NCBI GenBank assembly: GCA_009914755.4
Contig: CP068257.2
Location: 12,320,001 to 12,384,000 of the forward strand
Direction: 5' to 3'
Source of the DNA: the human T2T-CHM13v2.0 reference genome, Homo sapiens
DNA length: 64,000 bases
The translations under genes were made by a program, and so were the position numbers. Positions 1-11,921 of the stretch are shown here, piece after piece (the stretch's first letter is position 1; each line of letters begins with the position of its first letter). Below the pieces are notes generated by a model that saw only the letters and a program-made list of their open reading frames with translations, had not been told where the DNA came from and ran no database searches.

Positions 1-107
1 CCTCATTAATAAAGATGACAATAGTAGCTATCTCATAGGACACCATCGTGATGCTTAAATGAGAAGCTATGTATTTAGAATAGTTTCTACAACAACTCAA
101 TAATTGT

Positions 108-438
<331 letters not shown>

Positions 439-2261
439 TAACAAAAACATTTTAATTAGGTAAAAGACACAATTATACCTACTTTGCAGAATGGCTTAAA
501 GAGTAGGTCACATTTTAATACTTCTGACATTGGAATGCCACTTATATTGTTATAACTACAATTGGTAGCATTTTTAAAATTATCTTATTGATATATAAAA
601 TAGCGGGGCATCACACAATCCATGAGACCTTACATTAAGTAGAATATGGTATACTCAGCAGGTCTAGGGCAGTTCTAGGCATATAACTGGCATGTAAATA
701 CATTTTAGTTCTTAAAGGTACTATGGGGATAGAGCACTGAAATAACAATAATGCATTTTTTAAACAAATTAATTCCTTGATTTTCAAACAAACTGAAGCC
801 AAAGGAAACTCATGATTCAAATGAATACATACGGCTCATTTTATTCAATATTTATACTTACAGAATATATGCAAATAAGACTTTCCAATGATTAATATTA
901 GTATTTAAGACTGATAAACTTTTGAATGGGCAGTTAAAGGTTATCTTCTACTATTTTCTAACTTCAGAAATGCTTTTGTTTGAAAGGTGGGAGATAAAGT
1001 TTCAAGGAGATTAAGTCCCAATATTCCTATTTTAAATCTCTCAGCTTGTGCAGGCAGGGCAGGTAAACATGAAGTTTTTAAGGATAGAAGGGTCCTGAGA
1101 GATAGTAGAATATGTCTGCTACATAACAGGTACTCAGGTTATGTTCGATGAATAAATGGAATGAAAGAATGGATAAATACAGTTGGGGAGTTCAATATTT
1201 TTAAATAACTCCTATAAAGCAATATTTTTGCAATAGTAATTATCTATATGTTATTTTTATTTTTAAAGAATACAATTAAAATGAAATGATTAATCTATCA
1301 TTGTTTGCATAAATTGAATGAATATATAAGAAAAACATATGTACATAATAAAATATATAGGTAATAAAATCTGGAAACAGATAAAAACATTCCCTTTTTA
1401 CTTCTGAAGAGGCTAAAAGTTCAAAGAAGATAACAATACACACAATAATGATAAAAATAGAAAGTGAGAAATTATTTTTAATAATGTAAGATTCATATTC
1501 CTCTCTTCCTGAGGATTATTCCTTTATTAATAAACTTTACTAGAAGTTTTGTACATGCTCACTGCAGCAATCACAGATAAGAAAAAGGAAAAGAACTTTA
1601 CTTAAAATACAAATGCTCAGAAATTACAAATTTTATATTTTGTACATATTTTTTGCTAAAACAAGACCATAGTATGTTTGTGTGTATGTATAATTTAATT
1701 GATTTTTTTCCTCACTAGCTATAACAAAATACATTTTCGCACATCAATATACTTCTGTATCTATTGCCACCTTCAATGGTCACATATTATTCCATCTTAT
1801 GGATGCAACTGAAATTTATTTATAGGATCCATTCTATGGGTTCTTTTTAAAATAAGTGCTGTGAAAAATAAAGTGCATGTATCTTTATTTACTAAGGGTG
1901 TTTTAGTATAATGGAATTGATGGGTAAAGGGCATACATATTTTTTAAATGTAGTACTTACCACCAAATTATCTATTTGAAAAGTAATCAGCAACTTAAAC
2001 TTTAAACAGGAGTATAAAACATCCTCACAAATATTGTGGATAGAAAACTGTTTCATTCCTCTTTTAATTTAAATTCTTATACCAGAAATGCGAAGGACTT
2101 TTTGCTATGTACACAAATAACTTGCAGATCTGGAAAAAAGTACTTTGCCCAATTTTAAAGTTTTTGATGATTAGATTTGAAAGAATTCCCTGTAAAATGA
2201 AAATGTACTTTTCATCTAATGTGTATATATACATACAACTTTTCATCTAATGTGTATATAT

Positions 2262-2704
<443 letters not shown>

Positions 2705-3769
2705 TCATCTGAATATATATATATAATATAGTTAATATTTTTCAAGTAAGCTCTCTTTTATTTTTTTTCTGAAACACAGGCAGTTTTAATTTTTAGTTTG
2801 CTAAATCAATCTTCAGAATGCCTGCTTATGAGGTCATTCTTAGGAAGGCTTTTGTCAACATAAAGTGTACCTGTAAAATAAGCGTTTGTGTTTTCTTCCG
2901 GTACTTTACTCATTTTCATATGTAAAAATTTCAATCTGTATTCCATCAGGAACTCATGTTTGTGACATAAAATTTCATTAGTTTTCTTCAAACAGCAGAC
3001 ATTTTTTCGTTAATAATTCATCCTTTCGTACTCATTAATCCTTACATATATCTTACATAATTTCAGTGTTTCTGGGTTGCCTATTCTGTTCTATGCGTTT
3101 GTCTTTTCAGCTGTTAGTAAACAATTAATTGTAGAAATTAATAGCACATTTTGATATCTAGAGGAACAAGTGTTTTTTCACTCCATTATGAAATTTTTTT
3201 AAATGTCATCACAGTAGTGAAAGACAGCAGGTGTCATACAAAAATGTTAAAACCTTGATATTTTCATTCGGTCTATGTAAAATTGATAAACACAGAAAGA
3301 GCTCACATTTTGAGGAAAATGTGCCTTCCCATTCAAGAACACAGAACCCACCTCCCACTTCCAAGTTTCTCTCTAAGAACCTTCAGTAAAGAACCTACCT
3401 ACACAGGGGGATACGGATGTAAAACGGACAGTTTTATCTGAGAACTTTTCGCCTACTGAAAATAACTCACGGTATTTTTGACAGGGGAATGAGTTCTCTC
3501 ATTAGGCACCTCCTATAATGTATATAAACCATGTTTTAAACGTGTACGTTAAAATTAACAACACTATATGCTTAACTTTGTGAGTTAAATCACTCAAATT
3601 CTCCACCAACTGCTCCAGCCAGGGAATTATGAGGGATGGAAAACAGCTGAGGGTCCGTTTGGCTCCGCCGCTCAGAGGGTGCCCGGCGACCTCCAAGGCC
3701 CCCGTCCCAGGGGCTGCCGGAAAGCCGGACCTGGGGACCCCCTGCCACCCCGGGCTGAGCCCCCGCTAC

Positions 3770-3972
3770 CTGTGCTGCTTGTCCAGGGCGTCCAGGTCTC
3801 CGCTCCTGCGCGCCAGACAGCGCTCCATCTCCGCGGCGTCGCCCTTGACAGCTGCCTTGTGGATCTTCTGCAGTTCCGAGTACCGGATTCGGTACCCGGA
3901 ACCCGTGTACAGGTGGTCTATGGTGCCCAGGACCGTCTGGCCCCTGTGGCTCCTGAAGCCGAACAACTTCAT
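3770..3972 (-). CDS. ANKRD20A-family: First coding exon of an ANKRD20A-family (ankyrin repeat domain 20) gene or pseudogene paralog; the rest of the gene lies left of the window
   Basis: The minus-strand ORF translates as [68 protein letters not shown]. From memory this closely matches the ANKRD20A N-terminus ([68 protein letters not shown]). The Kozak context is caccATGa. The exon ends at CACAG|GTAGCG, a splice donor at the exon 1/2 boundary expected for this family (DKQHR|TALHL). The amino-acid differences suggest a divergent paralog or pseudogene copy. Confidence 0.8.
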
Positions 3973-4480
3973 GGTGGTGACTTCTCAGACTCCCAACCAA
4001 CTGCTCTTGAGAGGAGGCAGCTCCCTGTCACCTTTTCACCTCCCCGCCCCTGCCCCCGCCGACCCAGCCCCAAATCCCCTATCCAACCCCAAATCCGCAA
4101 TCCAACCCCCAATCGGCGATCCCAAATCTATTATCTAATCCAAAATCCGCGATCCAGCCCGGTCCACCACAGCCTTCAGCAGCGACACTCGCAGCCTCCG
4201 ACCTCTCAGACCGAGTGAGCCTCGCAAAGCCTTTGGGCGCGCGCCTGCACCGCGGTGGCCGCCCGGCTCCCGGAAGTCGCTCGGAGGCGGCACGCACTGG
4301 CAGGTGGGGCTGCAGCTGCGAGAGGGGGCGGGCCTGGGAACCACCGCGGGTGTGCGGGCCTTGCCATTCTCAAGATTCCTGCGGAAACGCTGTGCGCTGG
4401 CTGCGCTCCAGGAGCAGGAGCAGGAGGAGGTCGCCCTCTAGAGTCTGGAGTCTGGGGAGAGGAGGAAGGCTCCTTCTTTG
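3973..4480 (-). promoter_or_regulatory. CpG-island promoter and 5-prime UTR of the ANKRD20A-like gene
   Basis: Very high GC with dense CpG immediately upstream (in minus-strand sense) of the ATG at 3972. Contains short CCAAATCC-type direct repeats at ~4060-4170. No TATA box seen. The TSS is not mapped. Confidence 0.55.
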
Positions 4481-4489
4481 TAGGCCACT

Positions 4490-5725
4490 GGTGTTGCTGA
4501 AACCTCTGCCGCCACCTGCAGGGCACCCCCTGATAGCGCCCCTAACCCGCCGCCAGCTATTGGACCCGGGATGGCGCCCCTAACACCCTCCCCTCGCCGC
4601 TGCAGTGTAGAAACCCAATAGCGTCCCGAACCCGTCCCCGCCTCAGACGTTGCAGCACCAGATAACTCCCCCAACCTGCCCCCTGCCGTGGGCCATGCAG
4701 CCACGGATTGGACCCCCAACCAACTCCCTCGCCGCTGGCAGTGACGCCCCAGAAAGCGCTGCAACCTGATCCCCGCCGTGAATAGTGCAGCCACGGATCC
4801 TTAAGGCCCCCAACCCGCTCCCCACGATGGGCAGTGCCCTCCCAGATAGCGGATAGCACTCCCAACCATCCCCCAGCCGCGGGGTATGATGCCCTGGATA
4901 GCGCACCCAACCCGCACCCCCCGCCCCGTGGACAGCTTAGCCCCCGACAGCTCCCCTAACCCGTATGCCACTACCGAGAATATGGTCCCGATAGCGCACC
5001 AAACCTGACTCCCGCCACAGGCAGTGCAGCAGCTGATAGCTCCCCTAACTCGCTCCCACTGACCACAGTACAGCCCCCTAATGATGCACACAACCCACCA
5101 CACCTCCCCACCTGCCACCGGTGGGGTATCGCCCCCAAACTGCCCCTTGCCGCTGGCAGTGTAGCCCCCAATAGCGCACCCAACGCCCCCCTCTATCATG
5201 AGTAGTCTGGCCCGCGATAGGGCCTGAAACCACCCCCTCCAATCACCTCCCTGTACCCCCCTTTCCCGCCCCCCCCCCACCTGCAGTGTACCACCGGATA
5301 CTGCCCCTAACCTATCCCCTGCGGGGGGCATTGCAGCCCCAGATAGCGCCCCCAACAAGTCCCCCGCCGCGGGCGGTGCAGCCCCCAAACCACCCCCCCA
5401 CCCCACTATGGGCAATGAAGCCAGACCAGTCAGCACCCCGACCAGTCCCCCCACCCCGGCGCCGCCGGCAGTGTAACCACAGTAGCGGCCCTAACCCGCC
5501 CCCTGTCGCGGGCAGTGTAGCACCCAATAGGGCCCCCAACCAGCCCTACTGCTGCTGGCAGTACAGCCCAGGATAGTGCCCCCAACCTGCCCCCCCCCCC
5601 CCCCCGCTGCTGCGGGCAGCGCAGCCCGGGATAGCACACCTAAAGTAGTGACGCCCGGAATAACACCCCTACCGGCCCCCGGCCGCGGGCAATGTAGCCC
5701 CGGATAGCGCACCTACCCAATCGCC
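4490..5725. repeat. GC-rich minisatellite A, ~28 units of ~37-46 bp (approx. GCAGTGTAGCCCCCGATAGCGCCCCTAACCCGCCCCCTGCCGCGG on plus); C-rich on plus, G-rich on minus
   Basis: Degenerate units are visible by eye, e.g. gcagtgtaaccacagtagcggccctaacccgccccctgtcgcgg followed by gcagtgtagcacccaatagggcccccaaccagccctactgctgctg. Both strands give long artefactual ORFs. Confidence 0.85.
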
Positions 5726-6147
5726 TTTCTACGCTCTGGCCGGCTGCAGTGTCCGCTGCTGCCACCCACAGCAGCGAGGCGAGCCAGCGAGGCCAGCCGC
5801 AGTCCCACAGACTCTAGCCTCCAGCCTGTGGTAGGTGCCTCCTCTTTCCCTTCCTGTATCCAGGCAAGGAGCAGCTCTCGCTGCCAGCCGCCTGTCTCCA
5901 TCACCGCCACACACTATGCAGAGGCAAGCCCTGGTGCCACAGGATCCAGCCTCCAGCCCCAGCGTGTGGCGGGGGACTCCGCTTTCGCCTTCTTTAAGGT
6001 GCGAACGGAGGGGTTGGGAACGCTGAGGCACAACAGCCTGCAATGGCGCAACTCCCCCTTAGCATGCTTTATATACTGAGGTTATGCAAGCCAGGTTCCT
6101 GGACTTCATGTTCTGATTGGATGAGAGAAAACCGCTAGGCCTGCTAG

Positions 6148-6400
6148 TTGGGGGCACTATCCCAGACTGTATTGCCGGCAGCAGTGAGGTGGGTTAAGGG
6201 TGCTATCCAGGGCTGCACTGCTCGGGGGTGCGGGTGGGGGGGGTTTGGGTTTAGGCACTATGGGGTGCTGCAATGCCCACGGTGCAGGGAGAGGGGGAAG
6301 TTTGGGTGTGTTGGGTGCGCTATGGGGTGGGGGGGCTACACTGCTGGTGGCAGGGGGCGGGGTTGGTTGGGGACCGTATCAGGGGCTGCACTGATTGCTT
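6148..6400. repeat. Minisatellite A, inverted copy (G-rich on plus)
   Basis: Reverse complement of the 4490-5725 units: gggcactatcccagactgtattgccggcagcagtgaggtgggttaagggtgctatccagggctgcactgc... Confidence 0.8.
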
Positions 6401-7685
6401 TAGCTAGGATTTCCAATACTATGTTAAGTAACAGTGGTGACAGTGGGCATCCTTATCATGTTCCAGATCTTAGAGGAAAAGCTTTCCATTTTCCCCCATT
6501 CCATATGATTCTAGCTGTGAGTCTCTCTCTTGTGGTTTTTATTATGTTGCAGTTATGTTTCTTCTGTACTTGGTTTTTTGAGGATTTATAACATGAAGGA
6601 ATGCTGAATTTCATCAAATGCTTTTTCAGTTTCAGTTGACATAATCATACTGTTTTGTCGTTTATTTGGTTGATATGATGTATCACATTGAGTGTTGAAT
6701 GACCCTTGCATCCCAGGGATACATCCTACTTGATCCTGATGAATTATCTTTTTAATGTATTGCTGAATTTGATTTGCTGGTATTTTGTTGAGGATGTTTG
6801 CACCAATATTAGAGATACTGGCCTGTAGTTTCCTTCTTTGATGTCTTTGTCTGATTTTGGTATGAGGGTAATAATGGCCCCACAGAATAAGTTTGGAAGT
6901 ATTCCCTGCTGTTTTTCAAAATAGTTTGAGTAGGATTGGTACTAGGTCTGTAAATGTGTGGTGTGAAACCATCAGCAGTGAAGCCATTGGTTCCTGGGCT
7001 TTTTTTTACTGGGAGACTTTTTCTGATGGCTTCGATCTCATTACTTGTTACCGATCTGTTCTGGTCTTGGATGTTTTCACTGTTCAAACTAGGTAGGTTG
7101 TATGCGTCTAGGATTTCTACTAGGCTTTCTAATTTATTGGCATATAATAGCCAGTTAAGATCCTTTGAATTTCTGAAGTATCAGTTGTAATGTCTCCTAT
7201 TTTATTTTTTGATTTTATTTATTTGAATCTTCTCTCTTTTTTCTTAGGCAGCCTGGCTAAAAGTTTGTCAGTTTTGTGTAGCTTTCCAGAAAACCAACTT
7301 TTTGTTTAATTTTGTGTATTTTTTTAATTTCAACTTTATTTCTGCTATGATCTTTATTATTTCTTTTCTTATTTTGGGTTTAGTTTGTTCTTACTTTACT
7401 AGTTCTTTAAGATGTATGGTTTATTTGAAGTTTTTCTTCTGTTTGGATGGTAGGCACTTATAGCTATGAAACTCTGCCTTTGTACTGTTTTTGGCATATC
7501 AAAAGTTTTGGTATATTGTGTCTTCATTACCATTTGTTTCATGAAATTTTTCAATTTCCATCTTATATCTTCATTGACCCACTAGTCATTCATTCAGGAG
7601 TGTATTATTTAACTTCCATGTGACTGTATGGTTTCCAAAATTCTTCTTCTTATTGATACCTAGTTTTATTCTTTTGTAGTCAAAG
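6400..7685 (-). mobile_element. LINE-1 fragment, antisense, internal ORF2 (RT region through towards the endonuclease region), inserted within inverted minisatellite A
   Basis: Colinear with the antisense ORF2 of the L1PA at 14262-19690. For example ccaatactatgttaagtaacagtggtgacagtgggcatcc is similar to ccaacactatgttgaataggagtggtgagagagggcatcc, and ...tcattcaggagtgtattatttaacttccatgtg is similar to tcattcaggagcaggttgttcagtttccatgtag. It is more diverged, so older. Confidence 0.8.
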
Positions 7686-7861
7686 AAGATGACCATGGAG
7701 ACAGCAGCGTGGTCGGAGTGGTAGCAGGCAGCCATCAGCAAGAGCTGCTCCGTGCCAGGCTGCTGGAGGCTAGAGCCTGTGGCCCAGTGGCTTGCCTCAC
7801 TGTGGTTGGTGGTGGTGGTGACAGAGACTGCAGCATGACCAGAGTGATAGGATAGGGGCCA

Positions 7862-8200
7862 TCGGGGCTGCACTTTTCACAGTGTGGGGTGGGTTGGGGG
7901 CACTATCTAGGGTGTCACTGCCTGCACTGGGGGTACTGGTTGGTAGCATTATATGGGGCTGCACTGCCCATGGTGGGGACCATGTTATGGGTGCTCTCTG
8001 GGACTGCAATTCCCATAGAGGAGGACAGGTTAGGGCACTATCGGGTATACGCTGCTGGTGGCGTTGGGGGAGTGGAGGTGGGGGGCGCTATTGAGGGCAG
8101 GATTAGCCATGGAGGGGGGCAAGTTGGGTACTGTTGGGGGCTGCGCTGCTGGCGACGATCAGCAGAGTTGGCAGCGACAGTGGTGGCATCCAAGGAAGGA
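7862..8200. repeat. Minisatellite A, second inverted copy
   Basis: ggggctgcacttttcacagtgtggggtgggttgggggcactatctagggtgtcactgcctgcactggg..., the same unit family in reverse orientation. Confidence 0.8.
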
Positions 8201-8974
8201 GCGGTTCTCCTCTCCCTGGACTCCACACTCCAGAGGGCAACCTACTCTTGCTCATACTGGAGCGCGGCAGAGGCAGTGTTTCTGTGGAAATCCTGAGCAT
8301 GGCAGAGCCCCTACACCCACCGTGGTTACTGGGCCCATGCACTCTGGGTCTGTGCCACGGAGACTGCCTGGCACCCCCCAGTATGGAGTAGCAGACACCA
8401 CTGGGGACAGGTCCTTGTACATGGAGGCATCCGGAACAGGAAGTGGCACCTGGGTGCAGAGGGTTGGCTGGGTCTGAGTTTCTGCTGCTCCTGCTCCCCG
8501 AGGAGTGCAGCCCGAGTGGGCCCAGCAGTTCCTGTGGAGTGAGGAGCCAGGCACTATGGTGTCTCCAGCACCCACCCCAGGCCCCAGTTTCTGGCCAGCT
8601 TGGGCCAAAAGGAGAGTCTGGACTTTGAAGGGTGGGTGTGAGTGCCTTCACTGAAACTGGCCCCTGCCACCCAGTGGCTGGCATGACAAAGTGAGGCTCT
8701 GACGCTACCACCCCTTGCATCTTCCTCTAGGATTTTCTGGCTTTGCCCTCCCAGCTGCTCCGTGCCAGGAGGAGGAGGAGACACCTGGAGCCTGCAACAC
8801 CACAGCTCGCTTCTCTGTGGGCTGGTGGTGGCAATGCAGACTGCAGCATCCTGGAGCAGTAGGAGGGCAGGCGGCTGCGGCCAGGGTGGGGGCAGGCCTA
8901 CAGCAGTGGCCAGGTTGCAGCAGTGGCCAGGTGGTAGGAGCCTTGTAGGGAGGGCCGATGCATTCACAATGGGC

Positions 8975-11921
8975 CTGGCTATGCCCTGCCCGTGCTGTGG
9001 ACCTGGCCCTGTACTGCCCTGCCCAGCCTTGCCCTGGACCTGCCCTACCATTACCTGGACTGTCTCAGCCCTGCTCTGCTCTGGTCCCACCCTGGCCCTG
9101 TCTTGGCCCTGTGCTACCCTGTCCCTGCTCTGGTCCTGCCCTTGCACTTGCCCTTCCCTGGCTCAGGCCCTGGCTCCATCTCTGCCCTGGACCTTCCCTG
9201 AATCTGTGCTGACCCAGCTTTGGCTCTGGCCCTGCCTCCTGTCCTGACCCTGGCCCTGCCATGGCACTGGCCCTGCCAATGGTCATGGTCCTGGTCCTGT
9301 CCTGGCCCTGATTTGTCCCAGCCCTGCCTTGGCCTGTCCCTGCCCTGGCCCCACCATGGCCCTGCCTGTTCTGCCCTCTCCTGGCACTGACCTTGCCCTG
9401 TCATGGCCCGGCGGTGCCATTGCCCTGCCTTACACTGCCCTGGTTGTGCCCTGGCCCTGCCTGACGCTGGCCGCTCCCTGGACCTGCCCTGACCTTGCCG
9501 TGGCTTTTGCCCTGCCCTCGCTATGGCCTGGCTCTGGTCCTGTCCTGGCCCAGCCTCCTGGCCCTGATCCTGGTCCTGCCATATCCCTGGCTCTGCCCTT
9601 ATCCAGGTCCTGCCCTTGCCTGTGCCCTGGCCCTGGCCTGGAACCTGATCCTGCCAAGGACCTGCCCTGACTCTGCCATGGCCCTGGCCCTGCTCTGCCT
9701 TGCTCCTGGCCCTGACCCAGACCCTTTCCTGGTTCTGTCCTGGCCCTGGCCTTTCCCTGGCCCTGAGCTGGCAGTAGTCTGCCCCTGGTCTTGGCACCAA
9801 CCTGCCCTGCCGTGCTCTGGCTGTGTCATCACCCTGCCCTGGCCCTGCCCTCACCCTACTCTGGCTTTGACCCTGCCCTGGCCCTACCTTGGCTCTCACC
9901 CTCGTCTTGGCTACGGCCTGCTCTGGACCTGGCCCTAGCCCAGACCTGGCCCTGACCCTGGCCTTTGTCCTGCCATATCCCTGGCCCTGGCCCTGGCCCT
10001 GGCCCTGAAGTGACTAGACCCTGTTTTGGCCTGTCCCTGCTCTGCCCCTACCATTGCCTTGCCCTGTTCTGCCTTGTCCTGGCACTGACCCGGCCATGCC
10101 ATTGCCCTGCCTTACCCTGCCTTGGCCGTGCCCTGGCTCGGTTCTGGCCCCGGCCCCGCCCTGAACATGCCCTGACACTGCCTCAGCTTTGGCACCAGCC
10201 TGGCTCTGCCTTGGCATTGGCCCTGCTCTCTCTATGGACCGGCTCTGGTCCTGTCCTGCACTGGCCATACCATGCCTTGCCCTGACTCAGCCCTGACTCA
10301 GCCCTGGCTCAGCTCTGGCCTTGGTGTTGCCCATGGTCCTGCCGTGTTTCTTGCCCTGTCCCTACCCTGGCCCTGGCCCTGACCCTTACCCTGGTCTGGC
10401 CCTGCTCGTGCCCTAACGCAGACCCTGGACCTGTCCTGGCCCTGGCCCTTCCTGGCTTGAGACCTTACCCTGGTTCTGCCCTGGCCCTGACCCTGTCCTG
10501 ACCCTGAAATACTGGCCCTACACTGGTCTTGCACTGCTCTGGTCCTTGCCCTGACTCTGGCCCTGTCACTATCCTAGCCCCAGCCCTGTCGCTGGTCTTA
10601 CCATGGCCCAGACCCTGCCTTGGCCCTACCCTGACCCTGTCCTGGACTCCGGCTGTGCCAAGAACCTGAACTGTCCTTGCCCTTCTTTTGCTCCTGCCCT
10701 GAACCTGGTCCTGCCCAGGCCATGGCCATGGCCCTGTCCCTGCCCTGGTCTTGGCACTGGCCTGGCCCTGCCTTGGCCCTATGCTTTCATGGACCTGTCC
10801 TGCGTGCCCTGGCCCTGCCTTGGCCCTAGCCTGGCTTTGACCCTGCCCTGGCCCTACCTTGGCCTTCACCCTAGCCTTGCCTGAGCCCTGTCTTGTACCT
10901 GGCTATAGCACAGACCTGGCTGTGGCCCTGGCCCTGCCGTGGCCCTGTCCCAGACCCTGGCCCTGCCAGGTACCTGTCCTGGCCCTGGTTCTGCCCTGGC
11001 CCTCCCCTTGCCCTGGCCCCTCCCTGGCCATGCTTTTTCCCTGGTCCTTCCCTGGCCTGCCCTTGCCCTGGCCCCTTTCTGGTCCTGCCATGTTTCTGGC
11101 CCTGCCCTGTCCATGCCCCGGACCTGGCTCTGGCCCTAGACTTCCCTGGCTGTGCCCTGCCATACCCTGGCCTGGTCCTTGCTCTACACTGACCCTGCCC
11201 TGCCTTGGCCCTGTGCTACCCTCACCCTGCCCTGGCCCTCCACTGGCCCTGGCCCTGACCTGGCCCTGTCTTAAGCCCTGGCCCTGCCATGTCCCTGCCC
11301 TGGCCCTGGTTCTGCCCTGCTTCTGGCCCTGGCCTTGGTCCTGTCATGTCCCTGGCTGTGACCTTGCCCGGTTCTACCCTGGCTCTGGCCCTGCCCTGGT
11401 TCTGGTCCTGCCCTGGCCCAGCCCTGACTGGGAACTGTACTACCCTGGCCCTGCCCAGCCCAACACTGCCCAGGCTGGAGCCCTGCCTTGGCCATGCCCA
11501 TGGCCCTGCCCCTGGTCCTGTCGTGGCCCTTACCCTGCCACTGGTCCTACGATAGCCCTGACCCTGACTTGGCCCTGGTCCTGACCTAGCTGTGGCCCTG
11601 CCCTGCTTCTGGCCCTGTCCTGGCCCTGCCATTGCCTTGGCCCTGGCCCTGCCCTGGCTCCTACCTGCCCTGGCCTTTCCTCGGCCCTGTGCTACCCTGG
11701 CCCTGCCATGTTGTGGCCCTGCCTCTGCCTTGGCCCTGCTCTGGGCATGGCCTTAGCATTCGACCTGGCCCTGCCCTGCCCCTGCCCTGGACCTGCCCTA
11801 CCATTACCTGGCCTGTCCCGGCCCCGCCCTGCCCTGGCCCCACCCTGGCCCTATCTTGGCCCTGTGCCACCCTGTCCCTGCCCTGCCCTTGCATTGGCCC
11901 TTCCCTGGCACAGGCCCTGGA
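8975..11921. repeat. GC-rich satellite B, ~3 kb, degenerate 8-12-bp CCCTGGCC / CTGCCCTGGCC-type units (C-rich on plus, GGG-run-rich on minus), with ~0.93-0.98 kb higher-order periodicity
   Basis: Continuous cctggccctgccctggccctg... Near-identical ~100-bp blocks recur at ~9850-9960 and ~10830-10930, and at ~8995-9180 and ~11770-11920. The ORF track shows long GPGQGQ / LALPWP artefact ORFs on both strands. Confidence 0.85.

Noticed and set aside
3590-4218. Additional ORFs overlapping the ANKRD20A-like exon (3590..4000 minus, 3629..4138 plus, 3679..4218 plus)
   Set aside because: Only the 3766..3972 minus frame matches a known protein N-terminus and has start and donor signals. The others are CpG-island open frames without homology.
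4079-6400. Overlapping ORFs of 70-217 aa on both strands across minisatellite A (e.g. 4801..5454 minus)
   Set aside because: They are GC-rich tandem-repeat artefacts. A stop-poor composition gives open frames in several phases simultaneously.
8554-11632. Many long ORFs on both strands (up to 261 aa) encoding Gly/Pro/Gln-rich (GPGQGQ...) or Leu/Pro/Trp/Cys-rich (LALPWPCP...) proteins
   Set aside because: They are translations of the CCCTGGCC-type satellite in all frames. The composition is purely repeat-driven, there are no splice signals, and ORFs overlap on both strands. These are not genes.
4490-11921. Possibility that the regular GC-rich repeats are a CRISPR array or other prokaryotic repeat system
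   Set aside because: Units are degenerate, with no unique spacers between conserved repeats. The context is unmistakably primate (Alu, L1, spliced gene fragments). They are minisatellite and satellite DNA.
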